A DNA stretch of 64,000 bases from Armatimonadota bacterium. Lineage in GTDB: Bacteria > Sysuimicrobiota > Sysuimicrobiia > Sysuimicrobiales > Kaftiobacteriaceae. Where the stretch lies: assembly GCA_037440005.1 (NCBI GenBank), contig JBBIUY010000005.1, forward strand, positions 23,730-87,729, read 5' to 3'. The translations under genes and the position numbers were made by a program. The notes beneath the pieces were generated by a model. The model did no database searches. It worked only from the letters and a program-made list of their open reading frames with translations, and was not told the origin of the DNA. Positions 40,953-53,076 of the stretch are shown here, in pieces. Position 1 is the first letter of the stretch. The number at the start of each line of letters is the position of its first letter.

Positions 40953-42500
40953 TCAGGACGCCGCCCGGCCCGCCATCCACAGGCCGATCTGCTGGCGGTC
41001 GGCGCCGGCGGGCACCACCGCCACCAGGCGTCCGTCGAACATGACCCCGATCCGGTCGGACAGGGCCAGGATTTCGTCCAGGTCCTCGGAGACCAGCAGC
41101 ACGCCGGCGCCCCGGTCCCGGTGCTCCAGCAGGAGCCGGTGGATGCGCTCGGTGGTGGCCACGTCCAGTCCCGCCGTGGGGTGGGAGGCGACGATCAGGG
41201 ACGGATCCGCCGACAGCTCCCGGGCCAGGATCAGCTTCTGGATGTTGCCGCCGGACAGCAGCCGGGCGGGGCGGTGGGGGGACGGCGTCTGGATGTCGTG
41301 GGCGGCGATCAGGTCCGCCGCCGCCCGCAGGGCTTCCGCCGGGCGCAGGAGCAGGCCGCGGGCGAAGGGAGGGTCCGCATAGCGGCGCAGGATGAGGTTG
41401 TCGGCCACGGACATGGACGGGACGATGCCGGCGCGGGTCCGCTCCTCGGGGACGTGGGCCACCCCGGCCCGCGCCAGCTGCCGGGGCGTCCACCCGCGCA
41501 CCGGGACACCGCGCAGCCGCACCTGTCCCCGGGCCGGCGGCCGCAGGCCTGTCAGGGCTTCCACCAGCTCCCGCTGCCCGTTGCCGGCCACGCCGGCGAT
41601 GCCAAAGACTTCGCCCGCGGCCACGGTGAACGACACGCCCCGCACGGCGGGCCGGCCCCGGTCTCCGGCCACCCACAGGTCGCTCACCTCCAGGACCGGC
41701 GGCCCGGGCCGTCCCCGGCGCGGCGGCAGGGCCCGGTCCAGGTCCCGGCCCACCATCATGCGGGCCAGGGCGGCGGTGTCGGCGCCGGCGGCCGGCACCG
41801 TGCCCACCACCCGCCCCCGCCGCAGCACCGTCACCCGGTCGGCCACGGCCGTGACCTCGTCCAGCTTGTGGGTGATGAAGATGACCGACTTGCCCTCCCC
41901 CCGCATCCGCCGCAGGACCTCAAACAGCTGGGCGGCCTCCTGCGGGGTCAGCACGCTGGTGGGTTCGTCCAGGATGAGGATCTCCGCTCCCCGCAGCAGC
42001 GCCTTGAGGATCTCCACCCGCTGCTGCTCGCTGGCCGACAGCTGCCAGACGGCGGCGTGAGGGTCCACCGCCAGCCCGTACCGCCGTCCGAACTCCTCCA
42101 CCCGGGCGGCCACCTGCCGAACCGGCCGCCAGAAGGGGGTGCCGGCCGGCCCCAGGGCGATGTTTTCTGCCACCGTGTGCCGGCGCACCAGCAGGAAGTG
42201 CTGGGGGACCATGCCGATGCCGCAGGCGATGGCGTCCCGGGGAGAGTGGATGCGGACCGGGCGGCCGTCCAGCAGGATCTCCCCGGCGTCGGGCTGGTAC
42301 AGGCCGTACAGGATGTTCATCAGGGTCGTCTTGCCGGCGCCGTTTTCCCCCAGCAGCGCCAGGACCTCGCCCGCCCGCAGGTCCAGGCTGATCCGGTCGT
42401 TGGCGAGGACGCCCGGGAAGGACTTGGTGATGTTCCGGACGGCCAGCCGCACGGGGGCGGCGGACGACAGGTCGGCGGTCACACCCGCATCGGAGCGCAT
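40953..42500 (-). CDS. ABC ATP-binding protein
   Basis: GENGAGKT, LDEPT, LSGGNIQK. Confidence 0.92.
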   Translation of the reverse strand: MRSDAGVTADLSSAAPVRLAVRNITKSFPGVLANDRISLDLRAGEVLALLGENGAGKTTLMNILYGLYQPDAGEILLDGRPVRIHSPRDAIACGIGMVPQHFLLVRRHTVAENIALGPAGTPFWRPVRQVAARVEEFGRRYGLAVDPHAAVWQLSASEQQRVEILKALLRGAEILILDEPTSVLTPQEAAQLFEVLRRMRGEGKSVIFITHKLDEVTAVADRVTVLRRGRVVGTVPAAGADTAALARMMVGRDLDRALPPRRGRPGPPVLEVSDLWVAGDRGRPAVRGVSFTVAAGEVFGIAGVAGNGQRELVEALTGLRPPARGQVRLRGVPVRGWTPRQLARAGVAHVPEERTRAGIVPSMSVADNLILRRYADPPFARGLLLRPAEALRAAADLIAAHDIQTPSPHRPARLLSGGNIQKLILARELSADPSLIVASHPTAGLDVATTERIHRLLLEHRDRGAGVLLVSEDLDEILALSDRIGVMFDGRLVAVVPAGADRQQIGLWMAGRAAS

Positions 42501-42625
42501 ACCGGGGAGTTTGGCCGGCCAGCCGCCGCTTCCTTCCGCCGGGCCGGCGCCGGCGGGAGGACCGGCCCACTTCGGGCCGGCGGCAGGAATGGGACGAAAC
42601 CCGCGTGGAATCGTGTTGGGTATCC

Positions 42626-43498
42626 GTGGACGTCTACCTGCCCCGCTCCCTGTCCGAGGCCCTGGAGCTGAAGGCGGCGCATCCGGAGGCGGTGCCCGTC
42701 GCCGGGGGCACCGACATCATGGTGGCCGTGAACTTCCACCGCCTGCGGCCGGACGCGTTCTTGGACCTCAGCCGCCTGGCAGAACTGCAGCAGTGGCGGG
42801 AGGAGGACGGGACCGTGTACGTGGGGGCGGGATTGACGTACACCCGCATGGTCCGGGAGCTGGACTGGTGCGTGCCGCTGGTCCAGGCCGCCCGCACGGT
42901 GGGCTCGCCCCAGATTCGCAACCGGGGCACCCTGGGCGGCAACCTGGGCACCGCCAGCCCCGCCGGGGACACCCTCCCGGTGCTGGCGGCCTACGACGCC
43001 GAGGTCGTCCTGGGCCGGGCCGGCGGGGCGGTGCGGGTGCTGCCCTGGTGGCAGTTCCTGCGGGGGCCCAAGAAGACCGCCCTGGCCCCCGACGAGCTCA
43101 TCCTGGGCGCCCGGTGGCGGCGCCTGCGCGGTCCGGGGTCGTTCTCGAAGGTGGGCACCCGCAACGCCATGGTGATCGCCGTGGCGAGCCTGTGCCTGGT
43201 CTGCGACGAGGACGGGAGGACCGTGCGCGTGGCCCTGGGGTCGGTGGGCCCCACCATCCTGCGCGCCCCCGACGCCGAGCGGTTCGTCGCGGAGCAGATG
43301 CAGCGGGCCGGCGCGTGGGACGACCCCCGGGCGCCGCTGCCTGACCGGGTGGTGGAGGAGTTCGGCGAACGGGTGGCGGCCGCCGCCCGGCCCATCGACG
43401 ATGTCCGGGGAACGGCGGCCTACCGGCGGCACGCCTGCGCGGTCCTGGCGCGCCGCGCCCTGCGGTGGGCGCTGGAGGACCGCAGGCTGGGCGGCTAG
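42626..43498 (+). CDS. Xanthine dehydrogenase FAD-binding subunit
   Basis: AGGTD, GSPQIRNRGTLGGN, PIDDVRGTAAYR. Confidence 0.9.
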   Translation: MDVYLPRSLSEALELKAAHPEAVPVAGGTDIMVAVNFHRLRPDAFLDLSRLAELQQWREEDGTVYVGAGLTYTRMVRELDWCVPLVQAARTVGSPQIRNRGTLGGNLGTASPAGDTLPVLAAYDAEVVLGRAGGAVRVLPWWQFLRGPKKTALAPDELILGARWRRLRGPGSFSKVGTRNAMVIAVASLCLVCDEDGRTVRVALGSVGPTILRAPDAERFVAEQMQRAGAWDDPRAPLPDRVVEEFGERVAAAARPIDDVRGTAAYRRHACAVLARRALRWALEDRRLGG

Positions 43499-43511
43499 AG
43501 GAGGCGGCGCG

Positions 43512-43985
43512 GTGCTCGTACGGGTGAACGTCAACGGCGTGTGGCGGCAGGCCGACGTGTGGCCGGGGGCCAGCCTGCTCCTGCTGCTGCGGGACCACCT
43601 GGGGCTGGTGGGCAGCAAGAACGCCTGCGAGCAGGGCGAATGCGGCTCGTGCTCGGTGTGGCTGGACGACGAGCTGGTGTGCTCCTGCCTGGTCCTGGCC
43701 GCCCAGGCCGACGGGCGGACGGTGCGGACGGTGGAGTCCCTGGCCCACGGCGGCCGGCTGCACCCGGTCCAGGAGGCGTTCCTGGACGCCGGAGCGGTGC
43801 AGTGCGGGTTCTGCACCCCGGGGCTCGTGGTGGCGGTGGTGGACCTGCTCCAGCGCGACCCCTCCCCCTCCGAGGAGACGATCCGGGAGGCCCTGGCCGG
43901 CAACCTGTGCCGGTGCACGGGCTACCAGAAGATCCTGGACGCGGTGCGGCTGGCCGCGCAGCGCATGAGGACGGCGGAATCCTGA
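43512..43985 (+). CDS. Xanthine dehydrogenase 2Fe-2S subunit
   Basis: CEQGECGSC, QCGFCTPG, NLCRCTGY. Confidence 0.92.
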   Translation: MLVRVNVNGVWRQADVWPGASLLLLLRDHLGLVGSKNACEQGECGSCSVWLDDELVCSCLVLAAQADGRTVRTVESLAHGGRLHPVQEAFLDAGAVQCGFCTPGLVVAVVDLLQRDPSPSEETIREALAGNLCRCTGYQKILDAVRLAAQRMRTAES

Positions 43986-44017
43986 TCCCGGACCCCGGAG
44001 CCGCCGTCGGGGTAGGC

Positions 44018-45379
44018 ATGGCGTCGCTGCTCATCGACTCCTGTGAGGTCGTCGTGACCATGGACGACGCCGGCACGGAGATCGCCGGCGGGTCCGTGCT
44101 CGTCGAGGACGGCGTCATCACCTGGGTGGGCTCCGGGCCGCCTCCGCGGCCGGCCGAGGAGGTCGTCGGGGGGCGCGGCCTGGTGGCGGTGCCGGGCCTG
44201 GTCAACACCCACCACCACCTGTACCAGAGCCTCACCCGCGTCCGGGCCCAGGACCGGGGGCTGTTCGGCTGGCTGGAAGCCCTGTACCCGGTGTGGGCGG
44301 GGGTGGATGAGGAGTGGGTGGAGGTGGCGTCGGCGGTGGGGCTGGCCGAGCTGGCCCTGTCCGGCTGCGCCACCACCACCGACCACCACTACATCTTCCC
44401 CCGGGGTGCCGCACATCTGCTGGACGTCCAGGTGGACGTGGCCCGCCGGATCGGCCTGCGGTTCCACCCCTGCCGGGGCTCGATGGACCTGGGCCGCAGC
44501 CGCGGCGGCCTGCCGCCCGATGACGTGGTGGAGGACACCGACGACATCCTGGCCCGCACCGAGGACGCGGTCCGCCGCCTCCACGACCCGCGGCCCGGGG
44601 CGATGGTCCGGGTGGCCGTCGCCCCCTGCTCGCCGTTTTCGGTCACGCCGCGCCTGATGAAGGAGTCCGCCGCCCTGGCCCGCCGGCTGGGGGTGCGGCT
44701 GCACACCCACATCGCCGAGACCCGGGACGAGGAAGCCTACTGCCGTCAGACGTTCGGGGTGCGCCCGGTGGAGCTGCTGGACCGCTGGGGCTGGCTGGGA
44801 CCGGACGTGTGGCTGGCCCACTGCGTGCACCTGAATGAGGCGGACATCGCCCGCATCGCCCGCGCGGGCACCGGGGTGGCCTGGTGCCCGACGTCCAACC
44901 TGCGGCTGGGGTCGGGCATCGCCCCGGCCCGCCGGTTGCTGGATGCCGGGGTCGCTGTCGGGCTGGCCGTGGACGGGTCGGCGTCCAACGACGGCGGCCA
45001 CCTGCTGGCCGAGGCCCGCCAGGCGTTGCTCGTGTCCCGGGCCGGGGGCGACCCGGCGGCCCTCGGCGCCCGGGACGTGCTGCGCCTGGCCACACGAGGG
45101 GGCGCCCGGTGCCTGGGGCGGGAGGACATCGGCGCCCTGGCGCCCGGCCTCCGCGGGGACGTGGCGCTGTTTCCGGTGGACACGCTGGCGATGGCGGGGG
45201 CCGAGGCCGACCCGGTGGCGGCGCTGGTCTTCTGCTTCCCGCAGCGGGTCAGGCACCTGTTCGTGGACGGGCGGGCGGTGGTGCGCGACGGGCGCCTGGC
45301 GACCGCCGACGAGGACGCCATCGCCGCCCGGGCGAGGCGGCTGGGCCGGCGGATCGCACAGGGCGTCCCCGGCGGGTAG
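44018..45379 (+). CDS. 8-oxoguanine deaminase-like amidohydrolase
   Basis: NTHHHLYQ, DHHY, PCSPFSV, HTHIAE, DGSASND. Confidence 0.85.
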   Translation: MASLLIDSCEVVVTMDDAGTEIAGGSVLVEDGVITWVGSGPPPRPAEEVVGGRGLVAVPGLVNTHHHLYQSLTRVRAQDRGLFGWLEALYPVWAGVDEEWVEVASAVGLAELALSGCATTTDHHYIFPRGAAHLLDVQVDVARRIGLRFHPCRGSMDLGRSRGGLPPDDVVEDTDDILARTEDAVRRLHDPRPGAMVRVAVAPCSPFSVTPRLMKESAALARRLGVRLHTHIAETRDEEAYCRQTFGVRPVELLDRWGWLGPDVWLAHCVHLNEADIARIARAGTGVAWCPTSNLRLGSGIAPARRLLDAGVAVGLAVDGSASNDGGHLLAEARQALLVSRAGGDPAALGARDVLRLATRGGARCLGREDIGALAPGLRGDVALFPVDTLAMAGAEADPVAALVFCFPQRVRHLFVDGRAVVRDGRLATADEDAIAARARRLGRRIAQGVPGG

Positions 45380-45477
45380 GGCCGGACCGAAAAGGGGCGA
45401 ATGACCACCCACGCGGGCCGCCGCTTCCGGGCCGGCGGCGGTGGCCGGAACCCGGTCAGTCAGGGGAGGGGTGACCG

Positions 45478-47838
45478 ATGAAAGTGGTGCCGCGCGTCCC
45501 CGGAGGGGTGGGCGAGAGCGTCCGCCGGGTGGACGGGGTCCCCAAGGTCACCGGCGAGTTCCTGTTCGGCAGCGACCTCCGCACCGACGACATGCTGTGG
45601 GGCTACACCCTGCGCAGCCCCCACCCTCATGCCCGCATCGTCTCCCTGGACGTCTCCGGCGCCCTGACCGTCCCCGGCGTCTACGCGGTCCTGGTGGCCG
45701 ACGACGTGCCCGGGCGCAAGACGTACGGGCTGGAGCTGCCCGACCAGCCGGTCCTGGCCATGGACTGCGTGCGCTACCAGGGCGAGCCGGTGGCGATCCT
45801 GGCCGCCGTGGACCTGGAGGTGGCGCGCCGGGCCGCCGGGCAGATCCGGGTGGACTACGAGGTCCTGCCGGCGGTGACCGACATGGAGGCGGCCCTGCGC
45901 CCCGACGCGCCCCGGGTGCACCCCTGGGGCAACGTGCTGCGGCACATCCGGATCGTCCACGGCGACCCGTCCACGCCCGCCGACGTGTGGGTGGAGGGCT
46001 ACTACGAGACCGGCATGCAGGACCAGGCCATGCTGGGCCCGGAGGCGGGTCTGGCGATCCCCGCCTCCGACGGAGGGGTGGACCTGTACGTGGCCACCCA
46101 GTGGCTGCACGTGGACCGGGACCAGATCGCCCCCTGCCTGGGGCTGCCTCCCGAGAAGGTCCGGCTGCACCTGGCCGGGGTGGGGGGCGCGTTCGGGGCC
46201 CGGGAGGACGTCAGCATGCACATCCACGCCTGCCTGCTGGCGCTGCGCACCGGCCGGCCGGTGAAGATGGTCTACTCCCGGGAGGAGTCGTTCTACGGCC
46301 ACGTCCACCGGCATCCGGCCCGGATCTGGATGCGCCACGGCGCCACCCGGGACGGCCGCCTGGTGAACGTGTACGCCCGGGTGCTCATCGACGGGGGCGC
46401 CTACGCGTCGTCGTCCACGGCGGTCATCGCCAACGCCAGCACCTTCGCCACGGGCCCCTACGAGGTGCCCCACGCGCTGATCGAGGGCACCGCCGTCTAC
46501 ACCCACAACCCGCCCTGCGGCGCCATGCGGGGGTTCGGGGCGGTGCAGGCCTGCTTCGCCCACGAGGCGCAGATGGACAAGCTGGCCCGCGCCCTGGGAC
46601 TGGACCCGGTGGAGCTGCGGCTGCGCAACGCGGTGCAGACCGGCTCGGTCCTGCCCACCGGGCAGGTCATCCGGGGCACCGCGCCGGTGCGGGAACTGAT
46701 CCGCCGGTGCGCCGCCATCCCGCTGCCTGCCGAGCCGGCGGAGCGCCCCCCGCTGTCGTACCCCGGCGGGGCCGGCAACGTCAGCCGGGGCGAGCGGCTG
46801 CGGCGGGGCGTGGGGTTCGCCGTGGGCTACAAGAACGTCGCCTACAGCGAAGGGTTTGACGACTCGGCCGAGGCGCGGGTGCGCCTGTTCGCCGGGCCGG
46901 ACGGCCCGGTGGCGGAGGTGCACAGCGCGGCGGCGGAGGTGGGCCAGGGGGTCCACACGGTCCTGGTGCAGATCGCCCGGGAGGAGCTGGGCATCCCGCA
47001 GGTGGTCCTGCGCACGCCCGACACCGCCGTGGGGTCCGCCGGCAGCAGCTCGGCGTCCCGCCAGACCATGATGTCCGGCGGAGCCGTCCAGCTGGCCTGC
47101 CGGGCCGTCCTGGAGGAGGTGTGGGACCGGGTGCGGCGGAGGGCCCGCGAGCGGAGGGAGCCTGTCCCCGGCGGCCTGGCCGTCCGGGACGGGGTGGTGT
47201 GGGCGGGCGAGCGGCCGGTGGGGCGTCTGGAGGAGTACCTGGACCCGCCCATCGAGGCGACCCGGACCTACCGCCACCGGCGTACCACGCCGCTGGACCG
47301 CCAGGGCCAGGGCGATCCGCACGTGACGTTCGCCTTCGCCGCCCAGCGGGCGGTGGTGGAGGTGGACGAGGAGCTGGGCCTGGTGCGGGTGGTGCAGATC
47401 GCCGCGGCCCAGGACGTCGGGCGCGCCCTGCACCCGCAGAACGTCTACGGCCAGATCGAGGGCGGCACGGCCCAGGGGCTGGGGCTCGCGCTGATGGAGG
47501 AGATCGTCCTGGACGAAGGCCGCCTGCGCAACCCGTCGTTCACCGACTACCTGATCCCCACGATCCTGGACATGCCCCCGGTGGTGTCGGTCCTGATAGA
47601 GGAGCCCGAGCCGGGAGTTCCCTTCGGCGCCAAGGGGGTGGGCGAGCCGTCCACGGTGGTGTCCACCGCCGCCATCGTGGCGGCGGTGCGGGACGCCACC
47701 GGCCGGGAACTGAACCGGGTGCCCCTGAGGCCGGACGACATCGTCGGCCTGCGCCCGCCGGCCCGGTCGGCGGGGCCGCCGCCGGCTCCCGACGTGCCGT
47801 ACCCCCAGCCGGTGCCCGTGGCCCTGGGATTCCTGTGA
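45478..47838 (+). CDS. pucD: Xanthine dehydrogenase molybdopterin-binding subunit
   Basis: GGAFGARED, HRHP, AMRGFG, SSASRQT, KGVGE. Confidence 0.9.
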   Translation: MKVVPRVPGGVGESVRRVDGVPKVTGEFLFGSDLRTDDMLWGYTLRSPHPHARIVSLDVSGALTVPGVYAVLVADDVPGRKTYGLELPDQPVLAMDCVRYQGEPVAILAAVDLEVARRAAGQIRVDYEVLPAVTDMEAALRPDAPRVHPWGNVLRHIRIVHGDPSTPADVWVEGYYETGMQDQAMLGPEAGLAIPASDGGVDLYVATQWLHVDRDQIAPCLGLPPEKVRLHLAGVGGAFGAREDVSMHIHACLLALRTGRPVKMVYSREESFYGHVHRHPARIWMRHGATRDGRLVNVYARVLIDGGAYASSSTAVIANASTFATGPYEVPHALIEGTAVYTHNPPCGAMRGFGAVQACFAHEAQMDKLARALGLDPVELRLRNAVQTGSVLPTGQVIRGTAPVRELIRRCAAIPLPAEPAERPPLSYPGGAGNVSRGERLRRGVGFAVGYKNVAYSEGFDDSAEARVRLFAGPDGPVAEVHSAAAEVGQGVHTVLVQIAREELGIPQVVLRTPDTAVGSAGSSSASRQTMMSGGAVQLACRAVLEEVWDRVRRRARERREPVPGGLAVRDGVVWAGERPVGRLEEYLDPPIEATRTYRHRRTTPLDRQGQGDPHVTFAFAAQRAVVEVDEELGLVRVVQIAAAQDVGRALHPQNVYGQIEGGTAQGLGLALMEEIVLDEGRLRNPSFTDYLIPTILDMPPVVSVLIEEPEPGVPFGAKGVGEPSTVVSTAAIVAAVRDATGRELNRVPLRPDDIVGLRPPARSAGPPPAPDVPYPQPVPVALGFL

Positions 47839-49211
47839 GGTACGACCGGGTGGTGGCCGGCGGGCGGGTGGTGACGCCCGCGGGGGTGGTGGAGGCCTCC
47901 GTCGGCATCCGCGCCGGCCGCATCGCCGCCCTGGCGGAGGGGCCCCTGGACGGCGAGGACGTCGTGGACGCCCGCGGCCGGGTGGTCCTGCCGGGGGCGG
48001 TGGACCTGCACGTGCACGTCAACGAGCCCGGCCGCACCCACTGGGAGGGGTGGGGTCCGGGCAGCCGGGCCGCCGCCGCCGGCGGTGTGACCACGGTGGT
48101 GGAGATGCCGCTGAACGCCTCTCCACCCACCACCACCGCTCAGGCCCTGCGGGCGAAGGTGGAGGCGGCGCAGGCGGCGTCGGTGGTGGACTTCGCCCTG
48201 TGGGGCGGGCTCGTGCCCGACAACCTGGACCAGCTGGACGCCCTGGCCGGCGGCGGCGTGGTCGGGTTCAAGGCGTTTTTGTGCCCCAGCGGCACCCCCG
48301 ACTTCGGCTGGGTGGACGACGGCGCGCTGTACGACGGCATGCGCCGGATCGCCCGCACGGGACTGGTCCTGGCGGTCCACGCCGAAAGCGCCTCGATCAC
48401 CGGATACCTGACGGCCGCGCTGCAGGCCCGGGGACGCCGGGACCGCCGGGCGTGGGCCGAGTCCCGCCCCCCGGTCGCCGAGCTGGAAGCCGTCCGCCGG
48501 GCGGTCTTCCTGGCGGGCCAGGCCGGCTGCCGGCTGCACGTCGTCCACCTGAGCGTGCCGGAGGGAGCGGACGTGGTGGCGCAGGCGCGGGCGTCCGGGC
48601 AGGAGGTGACGGTGGAGACCTGCCCTCACTACCTGACCCTGACCGACGACGACCTCCTGCGGATGGGCCCGGTGGCCAAGTGCGCGCCGCCCCTGCGCGA
48701 CCGGCCGACGGCGGACCGGCTGTGGCGGCAGGTGCTGGCAGGCCGCGTGCACTGCCTGGCCTCGGACCACTCGCCGTGTCCCACCGACGACAAGACCCGC
48801 GGGGAGGAGGACATCTGGGCCGCGTGGGGCGGGATCACCGGGGTGCAGACGCTGGTGGCCCTCCTGCTGACCGAAGGCGTGCACCGCCGCGGCATGAGCC
48901 TGGAGCAGGTGGCCGAACTGCTGGCCGCCCGCCCGGCCCGGATCGCCGGCCTGTGGCCCCGCAAGGGGGCCATCACGGTGGGCGCCGACGCCGACCTGGT
49001 GGTGGTGGACATGGAGCGGCGCTGGACGGTGGACCGCGGGTGGCTGCAGTCCCGCCACCCCCACTCGCCGTTCGTGGGCTGGCCGATGCAGGGATGGATC
49101 ACCCACGTGCTGCGCCGCGGGCAGACCGTCGCCCAGGACGGCGAGGTGGTGGCCCGGGGGGGCGGCCGGTGGGTCAGGCCGTCCCTGTCCGGCCCGAGTC
49201 AGCCCGGCTGA
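47835..49211 (+). CDS. allB: Allantoinase
   Basis: HVHVNEPGRTHWEG, EMPLN, KCAPPLR, SDHSPC, WGGI. Confidence 0.92.
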   Translation: MRYDRVVAGGRVVTPAGVVEASVGIRAGRIAALAEGPLDGEDVVDARGRVVLPGAVDLHVHVNEPGRTHWEGWGPGSRAAAAGGVTTVVEMPLNASPPTTTAQALRAKVEAAQAASVVDFALWGGLVPDNLDQLDALAGGGVVGFKAFLCPSGTPDFGWVDDGALYDGMRRIARTGLVLAVHAESASITGYLTAALQARGRRDRRAWAESRPPVAELEAVRRAVFLAGQAGCRLHVVHLSVPEGADVVAQARASGQEVTVETCPHYLTLTDDDLLRMGPVAKCAPPLRDRPTADRLWRQVLAGRVHCLASDHSPCPTDDKTRGEEDIWAAWGGITGVQTLVALLLTEGVHRRGMSLEQVAELLAARPARIAGLWPRKGAITVGADADLVVVDMERRWTVDRGWLQSRHPHSPFVGWPMQGWITHVLRRGQTVAQDGEVVARGGGRWVRPSLSGPSQPG

Positions 49212-50425
49212 CCGTCCCCGCGTCGTGACGGAGACCGGGGGTCGGCGTCTTGGGCCAGCCTCCGGCGCGCCTCTTCCACCCCCGCCGCCGGGGGGACCCG
49301 CACGCCGAACGCCCGCAGCACGTGCTCCAGGCTGGACAGCACCGTCAGGACCACCGACGGCCGCGCGTTGTACCCCATGGTGCCGATGCGCCAGATGCGG
49401 CCGCGCAGGGGGCCGAAGGACGTGGCCACCTCCACCCCAAACTCCTCCAGCAGCCGCAGGCGGGCCGCCTCCTCGGGCACGCCGTCGGGCACGTACACCG
49501 CGGTGATCATGGGCAGCCGGTGGCGGGGGTCGCCGAACAGGCGCAGCCCCATGGCCTCCAGCCCGGCCTTGAGCGCCTCCCCCACCCGCCGGTGGCGCGC
49601 CCAGCGGGACGGCAGCCCCTCTTCCACCACCAGCCGCAGCGCCTCCCGCAGCCCGTAGGTCATGGTGGTGGGCAGGGTGTGGTGGTTGAGACGCTCGGGG
49701 CTCCAGTAGCGCTGCAGCTGGGCTAGGTCCAGGTAGTTGCTGATGACGGGCGTCCGCCGCCGGGCGATGGCGTCCTCGGCGCGCCCGTTGTAGGTGACCG
49801 GCGCCATGCCCGACGGACAGCCCAGGCACTTCTGGGTGCCCGACGTGCACACGTCGATCTGCCAGCCGTCCACGTCCACCTCCACCCCGCCCAGGGTCAC
49901 CACCGCGTCCACCACCAGCAGCGCGCCGTGCCGCCGGCAGATCCGGCCGATCTCCTCCATGTGAGGCTGCAGCATGCCCGTGGACGTCTCGCCGTGGACG
50001 ACGGCCACCACCTTGGCGGGCCGGGCCCGCAGGGCGTCGTCCACCTGCTGCGGGTCGATCACCCGGCCCCACTCGGCGGCGACCTGGTCCACCCGGGCGC
50101 CGTAGCGGACGGCCAGGTCGGCGAACAGGTCCCCAAAGCGCCCGCAGTTGGCCACCAGGACCGGGTCGCCCGGCTCGACGAGGGAGGCGATGGCCGCCTC
50201 CATGCCGGCGCGGCCCGTGCCGGAGACGGCGTAGGTCCGGAGGTTGGCCGTCTGGAACACCTGCCGGGCCAGGGCCATGACGTCCTCCATGATCGCGGTG
50301 AACGCCGGGTCGAACTGGCCCAGGATCGGGGAGGCCATCGCCCGCAGGACCCGCGGGTCGGGGTTGGTGGGTCCGGTGCCGCACAGCAGCCGGACGGGGG
50401 GAGTCAGGTCGCCGACGGTGCTCAC
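49199..50425 (-). CDS. pucG: Ureidoglycine-glyoxylate aminotransferase (PucG/AGT family)
   Basis: LGQFDP, VHGETSTG, GTQKCL, LNHHT, WRIGTMG. Confidence 0.82.
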   Translation of the reverse strand: MSTVGDLTPPVRLLCGTGPTNPDPRVLRAMASPILGQFDPAFTAIMEDVMALARQVFQTANLRTYAVSGTGRAGMEAAIASLVEPGDPVLVANCGRFGDLFADLAVRYGARVDQVAAEWGRVIDPQQVDDALRARPAKVVAVVHGETSTGMLQPHMEEIGRICRRHGALLVVDAVVTLGGVEVDVDGWQIDVCTSGTQKCLGCPSGMAPVTYNGRAEDAIARRRTPVISNYLDLAQLQRYWSPERLNHHTLPTTMTYGLREALRLVVEEGLPSRWARHRRVGEALKAGLEAMGLRLFGDPRHRLPMITAVYVPDGVPEEAARLRLLEEFGVEVATSFGPLRGRIWRIGTMGYNARPSVVLTVLSSLEHVLRAFGVRVPPAAGVEEARRRLAQDADPRSPSRRGDGQPG

Positions 50426-50442
50426 GGTCGTTCCTCCTCCGA

Positions 50443-51692
50443 TCACGCTCCGTACCGGGCGGCGAACGCCTCCAGTGCCCGCTCAAAGGCCGCCAGCGGC
50501 GCCCGCACCACCCCGGCGCCGATCTGCCCGACGCCGGCGCGCCGGTGGGCGATGCCGGTGTTGATCACCGGCGCGACCTGCAGCGCCACCACCTTCCGGA
50601 TGTCGATCCCGGCGGGCACGCCGTCAAAGTCCAGCGCCGGGATGCGCCAGTGGGGGCTGCGACCGGCGGTGATCTCGCCCATGGCCCGGGTGACGGCCTC
50701 GGCCTCCCGCGCCGACGGCAGGCCCACGAAGCCCGTCACGGCGGGGGCGGCGGCCATGGCGAATCCCCCCAACCCCACCGTCTCCACGATGGCGCTGTCG
50801 CCCAGGTCCGGGCTGGCGTCGTCCGGGCCGTAGCCGGGGAAGTACAGCCCCTGAGGGAAAGGCGCGGGGGCGGTGAACCAGGTCTCCCCCAGCCCGCTGA
50901 CCCGCAGGCCGAACTCCACGCCGTTGCGGCTCATGGCGGTGACCAGGGTGCAGCAGGGGATGCCCTCGATGCGGGAGGTCATGCACTTGCACGCCGCCAT
51001 GGCCACGTTGAGGAAGAACTGGTCGGTGGCGGCCAGAAACGCCAGCACCTCCCTCGCCGCGGCGGCCGGGACGGCGCCGACCAGCGCCGGCGCCAGTTCC
51101 CGGACCAGCAGGGCGGTGGCGGCGGCGTTGCGCTGGTGCATCTCGTCTCCCATGGCGAGCGCCCGCCCCATCAGCGGGACCAGGGGCAGGCCTCCGGCCT
51201 CGCGCAGGGCGGCGTCCAGGGTGGGGGCGCAGACGTCCCGCAGCCAGGCCAGACGCTCCAGCACCGGCGGGCCGTAGGCCCCAAAGCGCAGGACCGCCCC
51301 CACGCCCTCGTTGAGCGGACAGCAGGCCCGGATCCCGTCCCGGTCCTCCACCACCAGGACCGGCATGGAGGGGGAGATGATGCCGGCCATGGGCCCCACC
51401 GCCCCGTGGTCGTGGGTGCAGGCCAGCTCCACGGCTCCCGCCTCCAGCAGGGCCGCCGCGTCCTCTTCGTCCTCCGCCCACCCCTCCAGCAGGATGGCGC
51501 CCACAGCCGCCCCGCGCATCGGCCCGCACATCCGCGCGGCGGACAGCGGAGGTCCGGCGTGCAGGAGCCTGCGGCCCAGCAGGGCCGGGATGACCTCGTG
51601 CGCCGGCCGCACGCCGGTCAGCACCGGAGACGCGCCCCACAGGCGGTCCAGGGCCCGGGCGTTGGCGGCGGCGATGCGGTCCGCCAGGTCGC

Positions 51693-51696
<4 letters not shown>
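50443..51696 (-). CDS. DUF1116 protein (YlbE/AllG-like)
   Basis: LLHAGPP, VGPMAG, NEG, GDEMHQRN, MSRNG, DLGDSAIVET, INTGIAH. Confidence 0.88.
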
Positions 51697-52961
<1,265 letters not shown>

Positions 52962-53076
52962 ACGATGGGCAGTTCAGTTCCCCGGCCGATCCGTCCCTCC
53001 CTGCCGGCGCAGCGACCGCGGCGCCGGCCGGGAGGGCGCGGAATCGGCCCCGGGGTCGCCGTCGTTGGTGGAGGTG

